Positions 16,759-21,891 of a stretch of DNA of 21,891 nt are shown in pieces. The position numbers and the translations under genes are program-made. Each line of letters starts with the position of its first letter. Position 1 is the stretch's first letter. Source of the DNA: Candidatus Heimdallarchaeota archaeon (GTDB taxonomy: Archaea; Asgardarchaeota; Heimdallarchaeia; Hodarchaeales; Hodarchaeaceae); contig DXJL01000137.1 of assembly GCA_019057635.1 (NCBI GenBank), positions 1 to 21,891 of the forward strand. Direction: 5' to 3'. The notes below the pieces were generated by a model. The model was not told where the DNA came from. It saw nothing but the letters and a program-made list of their open reading frames with translations, and did no database searches.

Positions 16759-18234
16759 ATGACCCTCGTATATCACTTGGGACGAAATAGGATGCAACCT
16801 CAACACCAAAGTCCAGAAATAGTCGATAGGATCCGACAAAATCATGAACAGAAAGTTGATACCTTTGTTCTTGATTTTCTGGATATTTGGTATAAGATTC
16901 ACAATCTAACTGAAAATAGCAATCTTGAGAATGCACTTAAGATATGCCAATCATTACTACCTTCCCATATCCTCCCATTTTTTGAAAAATACAAAGATGA
17001 GGGGAATCTACAAAAGCACAAGGGATGGATCGACTCGTATGCATCTGTCTATCTGAAATGGGGTGAACGAGGAGGATTTCTTTTTCCGTTAACTCTAGTC
17101 ATATACGAAATTGCGTATAATGATAAGGGAATACTATTCGACCTACTAAAGCAACTAAGGATGGGTATTAATAGAGGTAGCAAGGTCGAACTTTACGAAA
17201 TAATATTTCCCATTTTAACTAATTTTACCGTCCCTCTTGATGAATTAGATTTAGGTATAATGAAAGCATATCAAACTTTGCAACCTCTAAAATCTATCTT
17301 ATTCAAAAACCCAGAGAATAAATCGTTTGCTGAAATCCTTGATGTTTCAACCCGAACGATAATACGTAGATTAAAAGTTCTCAATCTGCTCCAAATTGTA
17401 CGTCCTGTTCAATTTATTGACATGGGGAAATTAGGATATGAATCATTCCTTTACATTCATCAAAATCCGTTTCCAAAAGAATTTCAGAAAAATTTGCTAT
17501 TTTCGTGCAATTTAACCGTAGGAAACTTCAGCATTGTGCAACTACCATCATCTCAGCTTGCAGCTCAGATTAAACTTCAAGATAAACTTGATTTGATTAT
17601 GGTTCAACCGATGGTAAAGCGTACAACATCCTGGAATCTCAATAGTCTCTCCAGTGGAGAAACGACGTGGAAGAATCCACCTACATTCTTCTTTTCAAAT
17701 CCCGAAACAAGTGTAACTACTCCAACTGCTGATGTAAATTTAAATCTAAGACCAACCTTCGACTCCTTCAGAAAATTAACGCGAGCAGATTTTAATCTAT
17801 TAGATTTCATCGCAAGAGAAGGCGGATTTAAAAATCTCAATGATTTAAGTAAAGCAATTCAAGTAAATAGGATGGAAGTCTCGAACCGATTAAAAGAGTA
17901 CACCGATGAAAATCTAATTTTCAAAGCTCATCAATTTTTCAACATCGGATTGGATCTGTCGATTTTCTTCTTTATTTCAGATGTTGAAGATAAAATCCCG
18001 TGGATTTCACACCTTCTTACTTTTCCCAAAGTCGATGTCTTCTATCAGAAAGAAGAGAACCCTCATTATTATTTCGGTTATCTTAAACTTCCCAATACGT
18101 GGATCAAACCATTTGCACGTAAGATAGATCTTATTCGCAATGAGTACAATGTTAAAGTCTATTATAAAATTGCCAGCGCCATTGATCACTTCAAATGGGG
18201 AATTTCATTGGCAAATACCTACTCACATCGTTAA
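16759..18234 (+). CDS. Transcriptional regulator with two tandem Lrp/AsnC-like wHTH modules and an N-terminal extension
   Basis: Module 1: LDELDLGIM...NKSFAEILDVSTRTIIRRLKVL...IDMGKLGY. Module 2: LTRADFNLLDFI...LNDLSKAIQVNRMEVSNRLKEY...FNIGLD. The start may be ATG 16792. Confidence 0.75.
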   Translation: MTLVYHLGRNRMQPQHQSPEIVDRIRQNHEQKVDTFVLDFLDIWYKIHNLTENSNLENALKICQSLLPSHILPFFEKYKDEGNLQKHKGWIDSYASVYLKWGERGGFLFPLTLVIYEIAYNDKGILFDLLKQLRMGINRGSKVELYEIIFPILTNFTVPLDELDLGIMKAYQTLQPLKSILFKNPENKSFAEILDVSTRTIIRRLKVLNLLQIVRPVQFIDMGKLGYESFLYIHQNPFPKEFQKNLLFSCNLTVGNFSIVQLPSSQLAAQIKLQDKLDLIMVQPMVKRTTSWNLNSLSSGETTWKNPPTFFFSNPETSVTTPTADVNLNLRPTFDSFRKLTRADFNLLDFIAREGGFKNLNDLSKAIQVNRMEVSNRLKEYTDENLIFKAHQFFNIGLDLSIFFFISDVEDKIPWISHLLTFPKVDVFYQKEENPHYYFGYLKLPNTWIKPFARKIDLIRNEYNVKVYYKIASAIDHFKWGISLANTYSHR

Positions 18235-18483
18235 TTTTTACATACTAAACTTGAAGAGTAGAACAAAGTTCAGTATCCATTTTTATAACCAGATTACTCA
18301 CCTTCACCTTCTTTAAGATTCCATACGACCATATCAATTTTCTCTAAAAATCGTCCTGAATTATTGAAGCAAACAACAATTTATAAGGAACATAATTCTC
18401 CTTTCACTAAGTGTCCTGCCTACTAATAAGTAAAGATTTTTTGTTGGTAAAAGCTTAATTCCAATAATTTGAAGGATGTAAAT

Positions 18484-19101
18484 ATGCAAGAAAATACAAC
18501 TAATTTACGCATTTACGGCCCACAGATGCCTGCGGCTATTGAACGATTGCATAATCTAGAAGAGAAAGTAGTTGCTGAATTACCCATCGAGCGTGGTGAG
18601 ATCAATATTGGTAAGTATGATTATATTTACCACTGGGAAAAAGCACCCACTCCTGAGCCTTTATTAACTCTTATTGAATATATTGATGACATATTTACTG
18701 GTTTACCTACTCGCTATTCCATTACTACAGAGGGATATCATTCTCGCCGATTAACAGCAGAACTTGACCGTCGGGGTTCACATACAACTTTCAGCTTCGT
18801 CCGGATTCACGGACCAAGTATATCGAAAGCTCTTCGGGCTATTGAAAAAGTTGTAGAAGATGTCGAGACTACAAGTACAATACAATCACTAAAATCGTCT
18901 GTTCTTGTAGGTGAGCAGGATTATGCCTTTGAATGGGATCATTATCCTACAGTGGATGAGATTCATAATTTACTTGCCTCAATCGATAAGCTAGTTGAAC
19001 CTACAGGCGCTTTGTACAAAACGTCTACCTTAAAAAACGTCTATCGGACTGAAAAAGTGATTGACGATCATACTTCTGATAATTTAATGGCCTTCCTATA
19101 A
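18484..19101 (+). CDS. Hypothetical protein with an internally duplicated ~85-100 aa domain
   Basis: LRIYGP...IGKYDYIYHWEKAPT...IDDIF...RYSITT versus VRIHGP...VGEQDYAFEWDHYPT...IDKLV...LYKTST. ATG 18484 preferred over TTG 18469. Confidence 0.8.
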   Translation: MQENTTNLRIYGPQMPAAIERLHNLEEKVVAELPIERGEINIGKYDYIYHWEKAPTPEPLLTLIEYIDDIFTGLPTRYSITTEGYHSRRLTAELDRRGSHTTFSFVRIHGPSISKALRAIEKVVEDVETTSTIQSLKSSVLVGEQDYAFEWDHYPTVDEIHNLLASIDKLVEPTGALYKTSTLKNVYRTEKVIDDHTSDNLMAFL

Positions 19102-19230
19102 CCTAAATTTAATCTATTTTCAAGTAGTCGGATCGATTACTCCCCAAAGAATAGAATAACTTTCACTGGCTAAGAGAAATGTATAAAGTTCAGTTTTTTA
19201 GCTGAAAAAAGTCAAAAGGATTTATCGATA

Positions 19231-19842
19231 GTGAATATTGGCCAAATTATTCTGGGTGCCTTGGAAAGCGCGCTTTTAACCTTGGTAGATTATCTTTCTC
19301 TTCACGACTAAATTTGTTAGACAACTATTTGAAAAATGGTTCTGGACAGGATGAGTCACACATCCACTATCTGGCAGGTTATCTGCTCATATTTATTAGA
19401 AAAGAATTTAATGCTGATGAAATTGATAGCTGGCTCACAGAAACTCGGTTTTTTGTGAAATCTATCTTTCCTCTTGTTATCACTGGTGTGGTAATTGCTG
19501 GCTTGATCAAATATTTTGTCCCCCAGATCTTATTGCTGATATTGTTGGTCGAAATACTGTAGTGGCTAACCTCACTGGAGTCTTATTTGGAGTGTTTATG
19601 TATTTTCCCACATTAATGGAAGGACCAATAGCGAAAATCTTTTTGGAACTTGGAATGGCCCGCGGTCCTCTTCTAGCATATCTGTTAGCTGATCCTGAAT
19701 TATCAATTCAAAGTATTCTTGTCACTCGTAAATATCTTGGAGATAAACGAAACATTTTTTTGTGTTATTAGTTACACTCTTTATTACCATGGCTGGATTG
19801 CTATTTGGGCTATTTCTAGGTCATCCAATTGAACTCTGGTAA
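19231..19842 (+). pseudogene. DUF318/ArsP-like permease pseudogene
   Basis: GTG 19231 gives MNIGQIILGALESALLTLVDYLSLH then a stop, with an apparent large internal deletion. Downstream fragments WLTETRFFVKSIFP, FMYFPTLMEGPIA...GMARGPLLAYLLADPELS and TMAGLLFG are linked by frameshifts at C5 (~19520) and T7 (~19755) runs. Confidence 0.8.
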
Positions 19843-19911
19843 AACCCACGAATTAGTATTCAGTAGATGGGAATAAAAAGAGTGTCGCTCTTATCTTGAG
19901 CAGATTGAAAA

Positions 19912-20178
19912 ATGGATTCTGTAGAAAAACGACGACTACGGGCAATACTCATTCTGGGTCTATTTGTAATCTTAGCTTGGGCACCGTGGATTACAGAAGA
20001 TAGGGCAAATGAATTAGTTACGAGTCACTTAGGAGGGGAGACTCCTTATAATTACCTTGGGGAGACTATTTTAGTCAAGAATATTCCACGATCCTTTGTA
20101 AAGCTTCCATTTATTGCATTAGTTTACTTCCCTGGAGAAGCAGTTTATATTGTCACGTTTTTTGGCTGGGTAATTTAA
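19912..20178 (+). CDS. Small hypothetical membrane protein
   Basis: ATG start, N-terminal TM segment (AILILGLFVILAWAPW) and hydrophobic C-terminus. Confidence 0.65.
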   Translation: MDSVEKRRLRAILILGLFVILAWAPWITEDRANELVTSHLGGETPYNYLGETILVKNIPRSFVKLPFIALVYFPGEAVYIVTFFGWVI

Positions 20179-20203
20179 CAAAACACCAGAGAAAGGCTCG
20201 AAC

Positions 20204-20776
20204 TTAAAGAGGAGAATCCATCTTTCGTGTTTTTCTAAAGAGACCTAGTACATCGATACCTTCCTTTTCAAGTAACACTCTTTTCATGTTTGGATCATCG
20301 CCATACTTTCCTAAGGAGTTTGCACGAGTAATGCGATGGCAGGGTATCAAAATAGGGAAACGAGTTTTGGCCATACATGTACCAGCAAATCGAGCAGCTC
20401 CTTCAAAACCAGATTTTGCGGCTAATTCACCATAGGAGAGTGTTGTGCCATACGGTACGTGCATACATGTTTTCAGTACTTGGACTTGTTTATGGGAATA
20501 GCCTCCATAATCAAGTGGAAGTTTATTTTGGACGAGATAGTCCTTTCCTATCCACCTTTGGTAAATAATCTCTGCTGTTTCCTCCACTAACTCATTATAT
20601 GCCTCATTGTCATAATTAGTGACTACCTTGCTCTCTGGAAAATATTTCGCTATTTTCTCTTCTACTATGGCTTTAGTTCGATAAGGGACTGTATTTCCAA
20701 ATACTCCTTTGGAAGTAATACACACTCCGATAAAGAATTTGTCATTTTTCACAATAGTCCAAATTGTTTCAGACAC
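20204..20776 (-). CDS. ogt: Methylated-DNA--protein-cysteine methyltransferase
   Basis: VPYGTTLSYGELA, AARFAG, active site ILIPCHRI, KRVLLEKEG. Confidence 0.93.
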   Translation of the reverse strand: MSETIWTIVKNDKFFIGVCITSKGVFGNTVPYRTKAIVEEKIAKYFPESKVVTNYDNEAYNELVEETAEIIYQRWIGKDYLVQNKLPLDYGGYSHKQVQVLKTCMHVPYGTTLSYGELAAKSGFEGAARFAGTCMAKTRFPILIPCHRITRANSLGKYGDDPNMKRVLLEKEGIDVLGLFRKTRKMDSPL

Positions 20777-20886
20777 AGATAGATCCTCTCATCACTAACC
20801 TTGGTTAATTGTTCCTTTTTCTGATTACTTATCAATTATCAGATAGCTAAAATCCTTGATAAATGACCTTTACTAGTCTTTTACTT

Positions 20887-21891
20887 TTAAAAGGGAAACA
20901 GGGTGAAAAATAAAAGTAACTCAAAGGGTAACACTATTAATGCTAATAATGTTACTATTGTGATAACAGAACTCATTAAGGACTCATTTAGCTTGAAAAA
21001 CGTTGCATAGACAATATTCGAAACCGCTGGAGGAGCCATACTTTGAATTAATAGGGGTATGGCTATAATTGGTGCAAAATTAAATATTGATACTGCTATA
21101 ATGGTAAAAATTGGAACTATGATGAACCTAATTCCCGAAACTTGAAATGTATGCCTTGTAAAGAGTTTTCGGGGATGTAAATCACTCAAATCTCGAAAAG
21201 AAACGCCCACTAATAACAAAGATCCATATAACGCAATAGTTTTCCATATCTGCAACCCTGGAAAAGCTCCGATTATTTCTGGACCCACTAGGAGATGAAG
21301 GATAAATCCTACAATGACTGCTAAGAACGGGGGAAATTTACACATATCGATAAGGAGCTTCATGAACAGTAAATCTCCTTGTTTGTCGTCCTCTTCAACC
21401 CCTTGTGATTTATTACGAAATTTTCTCCCCATATACATCCCAAAAGTATTGCGTAGTATCATGGCAAAAAATACAAAAAGTGTAGCATAATAAATTGCAT
21501 CATTTATGAATACACCTTTTATTATTGCATCATTTCTTAATTTATCCTCCAATGCAAGTATTATTGGGAACGGATACAACAACGCATTTGGAAAAGTGGC
21601 AGTAAATGCAATGGCTCCGTTATCTGGCGTGTATCCTTCTTTACGAGTAAGAAATATAAAAAAACAATATCCTCCCAGGTGAACTAAGGTAGCTATTATT
21701 GCAATCTGTAGAATAATTATCCCTCCAAATGTTTCGACTTTTGCAAATGACGAAATTATCGAAATTGGGAAGAATATTGAAATAATGACTTTAGTGATGT
21801 TATCTGCATGGCTCTTTTTGTAAAAGGGGGAAAATCGCCATGATATTCCTAGTAAAATAAACAAATATACCCAGAAAAGGTCGCTTAATAA
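20887..21891 (-). CDS. AEC (auxin efflux carrier/malate permease) family transporter, 5' end beyond the window
   Basis: FPNALLYPFPI, KFPPFLA, RFIIVP, QSMAPPAVSN. The frame stays open to the window edge (LLSDLFWVYLFILLG). Confidence 0.88.
   Translation of the reverse strand, partial: LLSDLFWVYLFILLGISWRFSPFYKKSHADNITKVIISIFFPISIISSFAKVETFGGIIILQIAIIATLVHLGGYCFFIFLTRKEGYTPDNGAIAFTATFPNALLYPFPIILALEDKLRNDAIIKGVFINDAIYYATLFVFFAMILRNTFGMYMGRKFRNKSQGVEEDDKQGDLLFMKLLIDMCKFPPFLAVIVGFILHLLVGPEIIGAFPGLQIWKTIALYGSLLLVGVSFRDLSDLHPRKLFTRHTFQVSGIRFIIVPIFTIIAVSIFNFAPIIAIPLLIQSMAPPAVSNIVYATFFKLNESLMSSVITIVTLLALIVLPFELLLFFTLFPF

Noticed and set aside
1241-20568. Remaining short ORFs overlapping or antisense to longer genes (e.g. 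1241, 1956, 3276, 5656, 6597, 7248, 8915, 9976, 10845, 11237, 11578, 12271, 12501, 12892, 16745, 17604, 18007, 20377)
   Set aside because: They overlap well-supported genes and have no recognisable motifs.
1-21891. tRNA, rRNA or CRISPR loci
   Set aside because: None recognisable by eye. A covariance-model scan was not possible.

Overview
AT-rich prokaryotic window, most likely archaeal. An Asgard (Heimdallarchaeia-like) origin is inferred, not proven, from the archaeal-type HMG-CoA synthase, GGTGA/GAGGT Shine-Dalgarno motifs, a stand-alone LRR protein, a RING-like+TPR protein and a tandem Lrp/AsnC regulator. Most genes are housekeeping or accessory: aldehyde dehydrogenase (partial), acetolactate synthase, HIT, two PNPOx-like proteins, DinB, arsR-acr3, two DMT transporters, Fpg/Nei, HMG-CoA synthase, ilvE, ogt and an AEC transporter (partial). 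Four things are missed by the ORF track. (1) A ~466-bp non-autonomous IS607-like element (7764-8229) has a repeat-bearing left end and a TnpB omegaRNA-like right end but no tnpA/tnpB; it sits at a GG inside a methyltransferase gene whose halves rejoin in frame. (2) A 50-aa signal-peptide-like ORF (16490-16642) is divergent from a double Lrp/AsnC regulator and is a candidate peptide-signalling module. (3) A diverged duplicate of the HMG-CoA synthase 5' end forms a 32-aa upstream ORF; the synthase itself is fused to a DUF35-like Zn-ribbon. (4) A DUF318 permease pseudogene lies at 19231-19842.
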